From contig NC_002528.1 of the NCBI RefSeq assembly GCF_000009605.1, positions 180,001-212,000 of the forward strand: a stretch of 32,000 bases of DNA. Reading direction: 5' to 3'. The position numbers were made by a program, and so were the translations under genes. Positions 1-9,581 of the stretch are shown in pieces. This DNA is from Buchnera aphidicola str. APS (Acyrthosiphon pisum). GTDB taxonomy: Bacteria; Pseudomonadota; Gammaproteobacteria; Enterobacterales; Enterobacteriaceae. The notes beneath the pieces were generated by a model. It was given only the letters and a program-made list of their open reading frames with translations. It was not told the origin of the DNA and ran no database searches. Within the stretch, counting starts at the first letter, position 1. Every line of letters starts with the position of its first letter.

Positions 1-564
1 GATTTTTTAGAATAAGTAAAGATGCAAATAATAAAAAATTTTTATCATCCCTCTTTTATTTGTATCTTTGATTGCAATAGATCTGACTAAGATGATTTTT
101 ACAGTAGATAGTATTTCGGACATTTTTTTGTATTAGATCTAAGATTTATATATCTTCTTTATATATATAGAAAAAATTACATGATAAAACATAGATTATC
201 CGAGGGGTTATGAATTTTTATCATGTTCCAAATAATTTTGAAAATTTTTTTTTTATTATTCTAATATTGATAACTGTTTTGATAATATTAATTATTGTAT
301 TAGTTATATTTATAATTAATAATATATTATACAATAAAAAATATTAATAATTTTTTATTTAAACACATAATTTTACATATAGATATTTATATTTTAATTT
401 TTTAAAAAAATATAAAAAAATAAAAAATTTTTTACCATAACGTATTATACAATTTAATTTTTTATAAGATTATAAAATATATAAGACATATTTAGGTCTT
501 TACATGTTGTTCTATTTCTCATCAGAAGATTTTCAATTATTTTTTACAAAAAAATAAGAGTGCT

Positions 565-1800
565 ATGATTAATAAAAATTACTCTTTATCTCTCTGGCTT
601 AAATATTTAGAGCAGTTAGATAAAAAAAGAATATATAATCTTACTGAATTAAAATTTCTTGCAAAAAAGCTCGGTTTATTAAAGTCGGAATCTTTTATTT
701 TTACTGTTGCAGGAACTAATGGAAAAGGTACTACTTGTGCAGTATTAGAAAGATTGTTATTAGATTCGGGTTATCAAGTAGGACTATATACTTCCCCTCA
801 TCTTATAAATTTTGTAGAAAGAGTTAGAATTAATGGGTTTGTTCTTCATGAAGAAGAACATATTGATTCTTTTCAGAATGTAGAACTAGTTCGAAATGGT
901 GTTTTATTAACTTATTTTGAATTTATTACACTCGCTGCATTAATTTTGTTTAAAAGGTATTCATTAGATTGTATTATACTAAAAGTAGGTTTAGGGGGAA
1001 GATTAGATGCTACTAATATTATAGATTCTGATATATCGATAATAACTAATATAGGTATAGATCATACTTCTATTTTAGGAAGAGATCGCATAAGCATCGC
1101 ACGTGAAAAATGTGGAGTTTTTAGAAAAAATAAAATTTCTGTTATTGGAGAAACTGATATACCTTGTTCTATGTATCAAATAGCTAAAGAAAAAAAAACA
1201 ATACTAAAGAAAATTGATATAGATTGGTCATGGGAAAAAAAAAGAAATTATTGGAATTTTTTTCATTCTACCATACAATTGTATAATTTACCTGAGACTC
1301 AGGTACCATTATCGAGTGCAGCTACTGCTTTATCTACTCTATATTATTCTCGTTTTAAAATAAAAGAAAAAATTATAAGAAAATCTATTTCTAATGTTCA
1401 ATTGCCTGGTAGATTTCAAGTTATTTCTACCTTTCCTTATATTATTGTCGACGTAGCTCATAATCCTAACGCTGCTTTTTATTTATCTCAAAAAATAGAT
1501 GAAATAAATATAACCGGAAAAATATATGCAGTGGTAGGCATATTAAAAGATAAAGATATTTTGGGTATTATTGATCCTCTGGCAAATAAAATTCATCATT
1601 GGTTCACTGCCCCCTTGAAAACGATTCGAACTGCCACCAAACATGAATTAAAAAAATTTTTTCCTATTCACAATACATCTATTTTAAAAAGTATTGAAAT
1701 AGCTTATAAAAAAGCTTTGATATTAGTAAAAAAAGAAGATGCTATTATAATTTTCGGTTCTTTTTTAACTGTTTCAGAATTTCTTTCTTTAAAAATATAA
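565..1800 (+). CDS. folC: Bifunctional folylpolyglutamate synthase / dihydrofolate synthase
   Basis: 411-aa ORF with Mur-ligase-like motif TVAGTNGKGTTCAVLE and downstream TSPHL, GLGGRLDATN and VDVAHNPNA motifs typical of FolC. Followed by cvpA as in the enterobacterial folC-dedD-cvpA region. Confidence 0.96.
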   Translation: MINKNYSLSLWLKYLEQLDKKRIYNLTELKFLAKKLGLLKSESFIFTVAGTNGKGTTCAVLERLLLDSGYQVGLYTSPHLINFVERVRINGFVLHEEEHIDSFQNVELVRNGVLLTYFEFITLAALILFKRYSLDCIILKVGLGGRLDATNIIDSDISIITNIGIDHTSILGRDRISIAREKCGVFRKNKISVIGETDIPCSMYQIAKEKKTILKKIDIDWSWEKKRNYWNFFHSTIQLYNLPETQVPLSSAATALSTLYYSRFKIKEKIIRKSISNVQLPGRFQVISTFPYIIVDVAHNPNAAFYLSQKIDEINITGKIYAVVGILKDKDILGIIDPLANKIHHWFTAPLKTIRTATKHELKKFFPIHNTSILKSIEIAYKKALILVKKEDAIIIFGSFLTVSEFLSLKI

Positions 1801-1819
1801 ATATAACACACAAAAAAAT

Positions 1820-2301
1820 ATGATTTTGGAAAAATCTATGTTGTTACTAGATTATATTATTATTTTTTTCATTATTATTTCATTTTTTTTTGGTTTATCA
1901 CGTGGTTTATATCAAGAAATAGTTTCTTCTTATTTTTGGTTTTTTAATTTTTATTTTTTTAATAAATATGATTACTTTAGTTCGTTTTTTATTAATGCAG
2001 TTCAGAATGTTTTTTTAAAAAATAAAATTTTAATATTAGTGATGATTATTTTTTTTTTATTATAAAACATGTTTTAAACTTTTTTATGAGAAAACTTATA
2101 AGAAAAATGAAAATATCTTATTACAATATTATTTTAGGAGGTCTATTTGGAATATTTCGTAGTATACTATTAGTGTTTTTTCTTCTTTTTATTTTTAGTT
2201 ATTTTGATCAGAATCGCTATAATTATTATATAAATCATTCTTTTCTAATATTATTTTTTTTAAAATATAAACATTATTTTTTATTATTAGATATAATTTA
2301 G
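1820..2301 (+). pseudogene. cvpA: CvpA family membrane protein, interrupted by a single-base frameshift in a T10 tract (2049-2058); ORF pieces 1820..2065 and 2086..2301
   Basis: First ORF (LLLDYIIIFF...GLSRGLYQEI) resembles the CvpA N-terminus. Second ORF (RKLIRKMKISYYNIILGGLFGIFRSILLV) resembles the CvpA middle part ([29 protein letters not shown]). The frames differ by one base, and the second frame is open back through the poly-T run. May be rescued by polymerase slippage. Confidence 0.85.
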
Positions 2302-2304
2302 AGA

Positions 2305-2353
2305 CTAAGCACATTATGATGTGTATCAATATAAAAAATTATAGTGTGCTTAG
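2305..2353. terminator. Possible hairpin between convergent cvpA and prs: perfect 9-bp arms ctaagcaca / tgtgcttag
   Basis: Inverted repeat 2305-2313 / 2345-2353 between two convergent genes; long loop and no clean U tract, so terminator function is uncertain. Confidence 0.35.
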
Positions 2354-2378
2354 AATTTTAGCAATTTAAATCAGATGT

Positions 2379-3326
2379 TTAATGTTCAAACATAGCAGAA
2401 ATAGATTCTTCATTACTAATTCGTCTTATTGCCTCTGCTAACATACCTGATAAGGTTAATGTTCGTACATTAGGTAGTAACTCAATATTTTCTGATAATG
2501 GGATAGTATCACATACAACTACTTCATCAATAACTGAATTCTTTAAGTTTTTTGGTGCATCTCCAGAAAAAACAGGATGTGTTGCATATGCAAAAACTCT
2601 TTTAGCACCTCGTTCTTTAAGAGCCTCAGCAGCTTTACAAAGAGTTCCGCCTGTATCTATCATATCATCTACTAAAATGCAATCACGATTAGCTACATCT
2701 CCAATAATATTCATAATTTGAGATACATTAGCACGAGGTCTTCTTTTATCGATAATCGCCATATCAGTATCGTAAAGAAGTTTAGCAATTGCTCTAGCTC
2801 TTACAACTCCACCAATATCAGGAGAAACAACAATAGGGTTCTTTAGCTCTCTTTGAAGCATATCTTCTAAAAGAATTAAACTGCCAAATACGTTATCTAC
2901 AGGTACATCAAAAAAACCTTGTATTTGTTCTGCATGCAAATCTACTGTTAATACACGATCTACTCCAATGCTGGATAGAAAGTCAGCTACTACTTTTGCG
3001 GTTATAGGAACGCGAGCCGATCTTACTCTGCGATCTTGACGAGCATATCCAAAATATGGTATGACTGCAGTAATTCTTCCCGCAGAAGCTCTTCTTAAGG
3101 AATCTACCATCACAACTAATTCCATAATATTATCATTCGTTGGTGAACAGGTAGATTGAATGATAAAAACATCACTTCCTCTTACATTTTCATTTATTTG
3201 AACACTTATTTCGCCATCACTAAATCGACCGACAGATGCTTTTCCTAAGTTGATATATAATCGATTTGCAATAAATTTTGCTAGTTTAGGAATAGAATTT
3301 CCAGAAAAAAGTTTCATGTCAGGCAT
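2379..3326 (-). CDS. prs: Ribose-phosphate pyrophosphokinase (PRPP synthase)
   Basis: 315-aa ORF with [28 protein letters not shown]-like region, FGYARQDRR and the PRPP loop [18 protein letters not shown]. Confidence 0.98.
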   Translation of the reverse strand: MPDMKLFSGNSIPKLAKFIANRLYINLGKASVGRFSDGEISVQINENVRGSDVFIIQSTCSPTNDNIMELVVMVDSLRRASAGRITAVIPYFGYARQDRRVRSARVPITAKVVADFLSSIGVDRVLTVDLHAEQIQGFFDVPVDNVFGSLILLEDMLQRELKNPIVVSPDIGGVVRARAIAKLLYDTDMAIIDKRRPRANVSQIMNIIGDVANRDCILVDDMIDTGGTLCKAAEALKERGAKRVFAYATHPVFSGDAPKNLKNSVIDEVVVCDTIPLSENIELLPNVRTLTLSGMLAEAIRRISNEESISAMFEH

Positions 3327-3445
3327 AAAGAACCTTTTTTATTTTGAATTAGTAGTTTTATGTATTCGATAATAATATTTTCTATTCAAAAATATTTTAT
3401 TAAATAAATTACCATTAAAATATTTTCTTATTCTAACAATCAATA

Positions 3446-4330
3446 TTATCGTTTATAAAGAGTTTTATGCAATGGTGAAATATTAACACTTTTTGCTATA
3501 AACCCTTGGACGTTTTTAGGTAACACGGAAAAAATTTTTTGTGCAGATTTTTTATTATCAAATTCAGAAAAAACACAAGATCCTGTGCCAGTCATGCGTG
3601 AAGGCGCATATGAAGATAACATTCTAATTAATTTTTTTATTGGGACAAATTGTTTTTTTGCTATATTTTCGAAGTCATTTTTAAAAGGTGTTTTTAATAA
3701 TACTTGGAGTGATTTTTTAGCTGTATTACTCATTAAAAATGGACTTGAAAACATATAACGTGTTGAAATATTAATACAAGGATAGACAACTAAATACCAT
3801 TTTTCTTTTTGCACAATAGGATATAATATATCTCCTATTCCTTCAATAACAGCTGTATTGCCCATAACAAAACCAGGTACGTCAGCCCCTATTCTGAGTC
3901 CTAATAAAGATAGTTCTTTCAATGTATATTGTGTATTCCATAATTTGTTTAGAACAACTAAAGTGGTTGCAGCGTTTGAAGAACCTCCTCCTAATCCACT
4001 ACCCATAGGTATGTTTTTTTTTAAAAATATTTTTGCTCCATAACTAGAATTTTGTAATTTACCTTGTAAGAGTGCAGTTTTTTTTAATAGTTTAGCAGCA
4101 ATAATAATACTATTTTGTACATTCATAAAAATTTTTTTTTCAGTGAATAATTCAATATTACCTGTTTTATTAGCAATTATTTTGAATTGATCACCATAAT
4201 CAAGAAATTGAAACAATGTTTGTATATTATGATATCCATCTTTTCGTCTACCTGTGACATATAGAAAAAGATTAATTTTTGCGGGAGATAAACATGTATA
4301 AATCATTTTTTTTTGGTTTCGTTTGTTCAT
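3446..4330 (-). CDS. ispE: 4-diphosphocytidyl-2-C-methyl-D-erythritol kinase
   Basis: ORF with SPAKINLFLYVTGRRKDGYHNIQTLFQ and GHMP kinase motif IPMGSGLGGGSSNAA. Adjacent to prs as in Enterobacterales. Confidence 0.97.
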   Translation of the reverse strand: MNKRNQKKMIYTCLSPAKINLFLYVTGRRKDGYHNIQTLFQFLDYGDQFKIIANKTGNIELFTEKKIFMNVQNSIIIAAKLLKKTALLQGKLQNSSYGAKIFLKKNIPMGSGLGGGSSNAATTLVVLNKLWNTQYTLKELSLLGLRIGADVPGFVMGNTAVIEGIGDILYPIVQKEKWYLVVYPCINISTRYMFSSPFLMSNTAKKSLQVLLKTPFKNDFENIAKKQFVPIKKLIRMLSSYAPSRMTGTGSCVFSEFDNKKSAQKIFSVLPKNVQGFIAKSVNISPLHKTLYKR

Positions 4331-4537
4331 TTAAAATATTTTTATATTAATTTTTATTAAAATTACAATAGAAACATTTAAAATGTTATAATCACTATCG
4401 TATAGATATTTACATTTTATCGTTTTAAAAAAGATTAAATAAAAAGTATTTTTGTATTTTTGATTACATTAATAATACATTGTTTAATATTAATTAAAAA
4501 TTAATTTTTTTAAAACACTCAGCAATAGAAGGTTTTT

Positions 4538-5623
4538 ATGAATAATTCTATTTTAAATAAATTAAAATCTTTACGAAATCGCTACCAAGAAATTGAAATA
4601 ATGCTTACACAGAAAAATGTTATTTCGAATCGTGAAAATTTAAAGACTTTATCTAAAGAATATTTGAAACTTTCAGAAATTATAAAATATTTTATTGAAT
4701 GGGAAAAACTAGAAGTTGATATTGAAAATGTCAATATCTTGTTAAATGACGTAGAAATACAAGGTATGGCTGAAGAAGAATTATATTTTTTTAATAAAAA
4801 AAAGAAAGCGTTAGAAAAAAAAATTAACCAATTATTATTACCTGAAGATCCTAATGATAAACATAGTTGTTTCATTGAAATTCGATCTGCAACCGGAGGG
4901 GATGAATCGTCTATTTTTGCAGGTGAATTATTTAGAATGTATCTGCGATATGCTGAAAGTTATTCATGGAAAGTAGAAATAATGAATACTAGTGAAAGTG
5001 AAAAAGGAGGATTTAAAGAAATAATTGCAAAAATTACAGGAAGAGGTGCATGTGGTCGCTTAAAATTCGAATCAGGTGGCCACCGTGTGCAAAGAGTACC
5101 AGAAACAGAATCACAGGGAAGAATTCACACATCAACTTGTACAGTTGCCGTTATGCCTGTGACTCCTAAAACTGAAAAAGAAGAAATTAATTCTTCTGAT
5201 TTAAAAATTGATACTTTTCGATCTTCTGGCGCTGGAGGGCAACATGTCAATACCACTGATTCTGCCATTAGAATCACTCATATCCCTACAGGCAATGTAG
5301 TAGAATGTCAAGATGAACGTTCACAACATAAAAACAAAGCGAAAGCCTTATCTATTTTATCCGCACGTGTTTATGCGGCAAAATTAGAAAAAGATCGTCA
5401 AGAAAGCTCTTCTATGAGAAAGATTTTATTAGGTACTGGAGAACGATCTGATAGAAATAGAACATATAACTTTCCTCAAAATAGAATTACAGACCATAGA
5501 ATTAATCTTTCTATCTATAAATTAGACGAGGTATTACAAGGAAAATTAGATTTGCTTATTGATCCAATTATTCAGGAATATCAAGCTGATATGCTATCTT
5601 CTTTATCTAAATCAGAATCATGA
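4538..5623 (+). CDS. prfA: Peptide chain release factor 1
   Basis: 361-aa ORF with GGQ motif ([26 protein letters not shown]) and [20 protein letters not shown]. Confidence 0.98.
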   Translation: MNNSILNKLKSLRNRYQEIEIMLTQKNVISNRENLKTLSKEYLKLSEIIKYFIEWEKLEVDIENVNILLNDVEIQGMAEEELYFFNKKKKALEKKINQLLLPEDPNDKHSCFIEIRSATGGDESSIFAGELFRMYLRYAESYSWKVEIMNTSESEKGGFKEIIAKITGRGACGRLKFESGGHRVQRVPETESQGRIHTSTCTVAVMPVTPKTEKEEINSSDLKIDTFRSSGAGGQHVNTTDSAIRITHIPTGNVVECQDERSQHKNKAKALSILSARVYAAKLEKDRQESSSMRKILLGTGERSDRNRTYNFPQNRITDHRINLSIYKLDEVLQGKLDLLIDPIIQEYQADMLSSLSKSES

Positions 5624-6453
5624 ACATTAAAAAATGGATTAAAAAATCTATTCAAAAATTATCTCACGTCGATAATCCTAAATTTGAATCAGAACTTTTA
5701 TTAAGTTATGTTACAAAACACACACGTAGTTTTATTATTAGTTCTGATGAAATTCAATTAACTGAAAAACAATATAAATACTTAAATCATTTAATTCATC
5801 GTAGATCTTTAGGAGAACCTATAGCTTATATAATAAAAGAAAAAGAGTTTTGGTCTTTGTCTTTATGTGTTTCATATGATACTCTTATTCCAAGACCTGA
5901 TACAGAGATTTTAGTCGAGCGAGCATTATCTAAAATTAAAAGTAATTCTGCATGTATTCTTGATTTAGGTACTGGATGTGGAGCAATTGCTTTAGCTTTA
6001 GCTAGTATCAATTCTAATTGGAATATTATCGGCATTGATAAATCAGAAAACGCCCTTGCAATAGCTCGAATCAATGCTTCAAAATTAAATTTTAAAAATG
6101 TTACTTTCTTTTTTAGTGACTGGTTCTTAAATATAAAAAAAAAATTTAATATTATTGTAAGTAACCCGCCATATGTTAGTAAAAAAGAAATTAAATTTTT
6201 TAAAAAAGATATTTTTTTTGAGCCATTAAGTGCTCTTATATCAGATAATAATGGACTATCAGATATTGAGAATATAATAAAAAATTCGAAACATTACTTG
6301 TTTTATGGTGGTTGGTTAATGATAGAGCACGGATGGCGACAAAAAGTAAAAGTTCAGTATTTATTTAAAAAATATAATTTTCATGAAATAGAATCTTATC
6401 AAGATTATGGAGGAAACGATCGTGTAACAATTGGGAAAAAATATGATAAATAA
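5620..6453 (+). CDS. prmC: Release factor glutamine N5-methyltransferase
   Basis: ORF with SAM-binding [17 protein letters not shown] and catalytic NPPY ([11 protein letters not shown]). Overlaps the prfA stop by 4 nt (ATGA). Confidence 0.97.
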   Translation: MNIKKWIKKSIQKLSHVDNPKFESELLLSYVTKHTRSFIISSDEIQLTEKQYKYLNHLIHRRSLGEPIAYIIKEKEFWSLSLCVSYDTLIPRPDTEILVERALSKIKSNSACILDLGTGCGAIALALASINSNWNIIGIDKSENALAIARINASKLNFKNVTFFFSDWFLNIKKKFNIIVSNPPYVSKKEIKFFKKDIFFEPLSALISDNNGLSDIENIIKNSKHYLFYGGWLMIEHGWRQKVKVQYLFKKYNFHEIESYQDYGGNDRVTIGKKYDK

Positions 6454-6612
6454 AAATTTATATATTTTAAAAAATTTGTAAAAACAAAAAATGTTGTATT
6501 AACAAAAACAAAAAAAAATGTTATATTTTAATATAAAGTAAATTTTTTATAAAAAAATTATACCATTTAAATTTTTATTATTTATTTTAAAAATATTACT
6601 ATTACTAATAAT

Positions 6613-7422
6613 ATGAACTCTCTTTCTAATATTGATTTTTCTAAATTATCACTGTTTGAATCAATTATCGTTGCTTCTCAGGCTATTCGAGAAGATTTTC
6701 CTTCACATAGTGTCCTGACTGAATTAAAAAATAGAATTAAAGAAGCTGAATCTTACATTTCATCTGAAAACGAACCTGATCGCAAATTAGAAAAATTGCT
6801 GCAATTGTTTTATACTCAGTGGAATTTTGGTGGCGCCAGCGGTGTTTATAAGCTTTCAGATACATTATGGATTGATAATGTTCTAAAAACACGAAAAGGC
6901 ACTGCAGTATCTCTAGGAATTATTTTTTTACATATTGCTCAATCATTAAAACTGCCATTAAATCCCGTTGTTTTTCCTACTCAACTTATTTTAAGAGCAG
7001 ATTGGATCAACGAAAAAAAATGGCTTATTAATCCTTTTAATGGAGAGATATTAGATCAACATACATTAGAAGTTTGGTTAAAAGGTAATATTAGTCCGAC
7101 AGCAGAATTATATGAAAATGATTTATATAAATCTGAATCTATTACTGTAATTCGAAAAATGTTAGATACATTAAAAGCCGCATTAATGGAAGAAAAAAAA
7201 ATGGAATTAGCACTCAATGTTACTAATTTATTAATTAAAATTGATCCAAATGATCCCTATGAAATTCGTGATAGAGGACTGATATATGCACAATTAGAAT
7301 GTAATCATGTTGCTTTAACAGATTTGATTTATTTTGTAGAACATTGTCCAGAAGATCCTATTAGTGAAATCATTAAAATTCAAATTCACTCTATTGAACA
7401 AAAAAAAACTATTTTACATTAA
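6613..7422 (+). CDS. sirB1: SirB1 family protein (transglutaminase-like plus TPR-like C-terminus)
   Basis: 269-aa ORF; AIREDFPSHS, LQLFYTQWNFGGASGVYKLSDTLWIDNVLKTRKGTAVSLGIIFLHIAQSL typical of YchA/SirB1. Sits downstream of prfA-prmC as in E. coli. Confidence 0.88.
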   Translation: MNSLSNIDFSKLSLFESIIVASQAIREDFPSHSVLTELKNRIKEAESYISSENEPDRKLEKLLQLFYTQWNFGGASGVYKLSDTLWIDNVLKTRKGTAVSLGIIFLHIAQSLKLPLNPVVFPTQLILRADWINEKKWLINPFNGEILDQHTLEVWLKGNISPTAELYENDLYKSESITVIRKMLDTLKAALMEEKKMELALNVTNLLIKIDPNDPYEIRDRGLIYAQLECNHVALTDLIYFVEHCPEDPISEIIKIQIHSIEQKKTILH

Positions 7423-7429
7423 AAACTAT

Positions 7430-8236
7430 TTACTGTGTAATCGGTAGATTACGTTTGTGTAATGTATTTAAATATAGTGCTTCAATAATTTTTTGACTTC
7501 TAATATCTATTTTTTTTTGTTCTAGATAAGAATCAATTGCATCATATGTAACACCTAAAACAGATTCATCATCTTGCTGTGGATGCTCATCTTCTAAGTC
7601 CGCCATTGGTTTTTTTAAATATAAATGCTTTGGACAATTTAAGTTTTTTAATAACAATCGAATTTGTCGTTTATTTAACTTGGCAATAGGATTAATATCT
7701 GTTCCGCTATCTCCATATTTTGTAAAAAATCCAGTAATATTTTCTGCTGCATGTCCTGTGCCAACTACAAGACCTTGTTTCATCGCTGCAATACTATATT
7801 GTACTTTCATTCTTTCTCTAGCCTTTTCATTTCCTCTTACATAATCTGAAATAATGACACCTGATTTTTTTAAAGATTTTTCACTGCTTAAAACCGCTTT
7901 TTTGATATTAACATTAAAAATTTGGTCTGGTTGTATAAAACGAATTGCATCCTGACAGTCTTTTTCATCATATTGAATACCATATGGTAAGCGCAATGCA
8001 ATAAATTGGTAGGTAATATCGTTCTTTTCTTTTCTTAATGTTTCAGCAGTCATTTGACATAATTTTGCAGTCAATGTTGAATCTTGTCCTCCGCTGACAC
8101 CAACTATTAAAGATTTTATATGCACATGATTAACTAAATATTTTTTTAAAAAATCAACGCAATTTTTTATTTCTATCTCTGGTATAATTGCTGGTTTTAC
8201 TCCCAGTAATTCGATAATTTTTTTTTGAAGTGTCAT
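7430..8236 (-). CDS. nadE: NH3-dependent NAD synthetase
   Basis: 268-aa ORF with P-loop [42 protein letters not shown] and [17 protein letters not shown]. Confidence 0.97.
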
Positions 8237-8319
8237 AGATCAACCTGATTTTTCAGAAATTGAAAATATTTATATACAAAATAGAAAATATATTTTTTAA
8301 TATTATTAAAATAAATAAA

Positions 8320-9537
8320 ATGGACAAAAAATTGAATAATTTAATTTTAGTGTTAAATTGTGGTAGTTCTTCTATAAAATTTGCGATATTAAATCCTGAT
8401 AATAAAGAAAAATATTTATCTGGATCAGTAGAATGTTTATTTTTATTAGAAACATATATCACATGGCAGTGTTTAGGAACAAAACATAAAAAAAAAATAG
8501 GTGCAAATGTTAATCATAAAGACGCTTTAAATTTTATTATAGAACAGGTTTTTTCACAACAAAAAGATATTTTTAAAAATCTAATAGGAGTAGGTCATAG
8601 AGTAGTACATGGAGGAACTAAAATAAAAAAATCAACTTTAATTGACAGTAATATTATTAAATGTATTCAAGATGCATCATCTTTTGCTCCACTACATAAT
8701 CCTGCTAATTTAATTGGCATAAAAATGATTATAGAAAAATATCCTAGTTTATCAAGAAAAAATATAGCAGTTTTTGATACATCCTTTTATTGTAATATGC
8801 CTGAAACTTCTTTTCTATATGCAATACCATATAATTTTTATAAAAAATATGGTATTAGACGTTACGGTGCTCATGGTATTAGTCATAATTATGTTGCTCA
8901 TAGAGCATCTCTTATGTTAAATAAACAATTTAAATCTTTAAATATCATAACATGTCATTTAGGCAATGGATCTTCTATTTCTGCTATTTGCAATGGAATA
9001 TGTGTAGATACTTCAATGGGATTAACTCCTCTAGAAGGATTAGTTATGGGTACTCGTAGCGGAGATCTAGATCCTTCAATTATTTTTTTTATGAATAACC
9101 ATCTCAATTTAAGTATTGATAAAATTGAAACAATTTTAAATAAAAAGTCAGGATTATTAGGTTTAAGTGGAATTAGTAGTGATTTTCGTTATTTTGAAAA
9201 AAAATATTATTGTAAAAAACATGCTAAAAGATCTGTAGATATCTTTTGTCATCGTCTATCTAAATATATTGCCGCCTATACAAGTGTACTAGAAAATCGT
9301 TTAGATGCTGTTATTTTTACTGGTGGTATCGGTGAAAATGTACCTTTAATTAGAGAATTAGTTTTTTCTAGATTATCTCTATTAGGTTTTAAGATTAATT
9401 CAAATCTTAACTTATCTACTATAGGAGGTAAATCCGGTTTAATTACTGAGGATAATTCTACTCCAGTTTTTGTAATTACAACAGATGAAGAATTAGCAAT
9501 AGCTCAAGAAACTAATAGTATAATTAATAGAAAATAG
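8320..9537 (+). CDS. ackA: Acetate kinase (the ORF track extends to 8260; start at 8320 preferred)
   Basis: Begins MDKKLNNLILVLNCGSSSIKFAILN; contains GHRVVHGG, HLGNGSSISAI, MGTRSGDLDP and VFTGGIGENVPLIRE. Confidence 0.97.
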   Translation: MDKKLNNLILVLNCGSSSIKFAILNPDNKEKYLSGSVECLFLLETYITWQCLGTKHKKKIGANVNHKDALNFIIEQVFSQQKDIFKNLIGVGHRVVHGGTKIKKSTLIDSNIIKCIQDASSFAPLHNPANLIGIKMIIEKYPSLSRKNIAVFDTSFYCNMPETSFLYAIPYNFYKKYGIRRYGAHGISHNYVAHRASLMLNKQFKSLNIITCHLGNGSSISAICNGICVDTSMGLTPLEGLVMGTRSGDLDPSIIFFMNNHLNLSIDKIETILNKKSGLLGLSGISSDFRYFEKKYYCKKHAKRSVDIFCHRLSKYIAAYTSVLENRLDAVIFTGGIGENVPLIRELVFSRLSLLGFKINSNLNLSTIGGKSGLITEDNSTPVFVITTDEELAIAQETNSIINRK

Positions 9538-9581
9538 TTATTTCTTAGTATTTTATATTGATATATCATAACAGGAAAATT

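Noticed and set aside
1-564. Possible gene remnant upstream of folC
   Set aside because: Very AT-rich with frequent stops and no recognisable protein similarity by eye; only the inverted repeat at 179-226 could be supported.
3858-4043. 61-aa plus-strand ORF inside ispE
   Set aside because: Antisense to a conserved ispE region, no recognisable domain, Pro-rich translation explained by the reverse complement of the glycine-rich GHMP motif.
4582-4875. 97-aa minus-strand ORF inside prfA
   Set aside because: Antisense to prfA; Ser/Phe-rich low-complexity translation typical of reverse-strand AT-rich DNA.
5826-6074. 82-aa minus-strand ORF inside prmC
   Set aside because: Antisense to the SAM-binding region of prmC; no independent support.
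8253-8462. 69-aa minus-strand ORF overlapping the ackA start
   Set aside because: Overlaps conserved ackA N-terminus on the other strand; low-complexity Ile/Phe/Asn protein.
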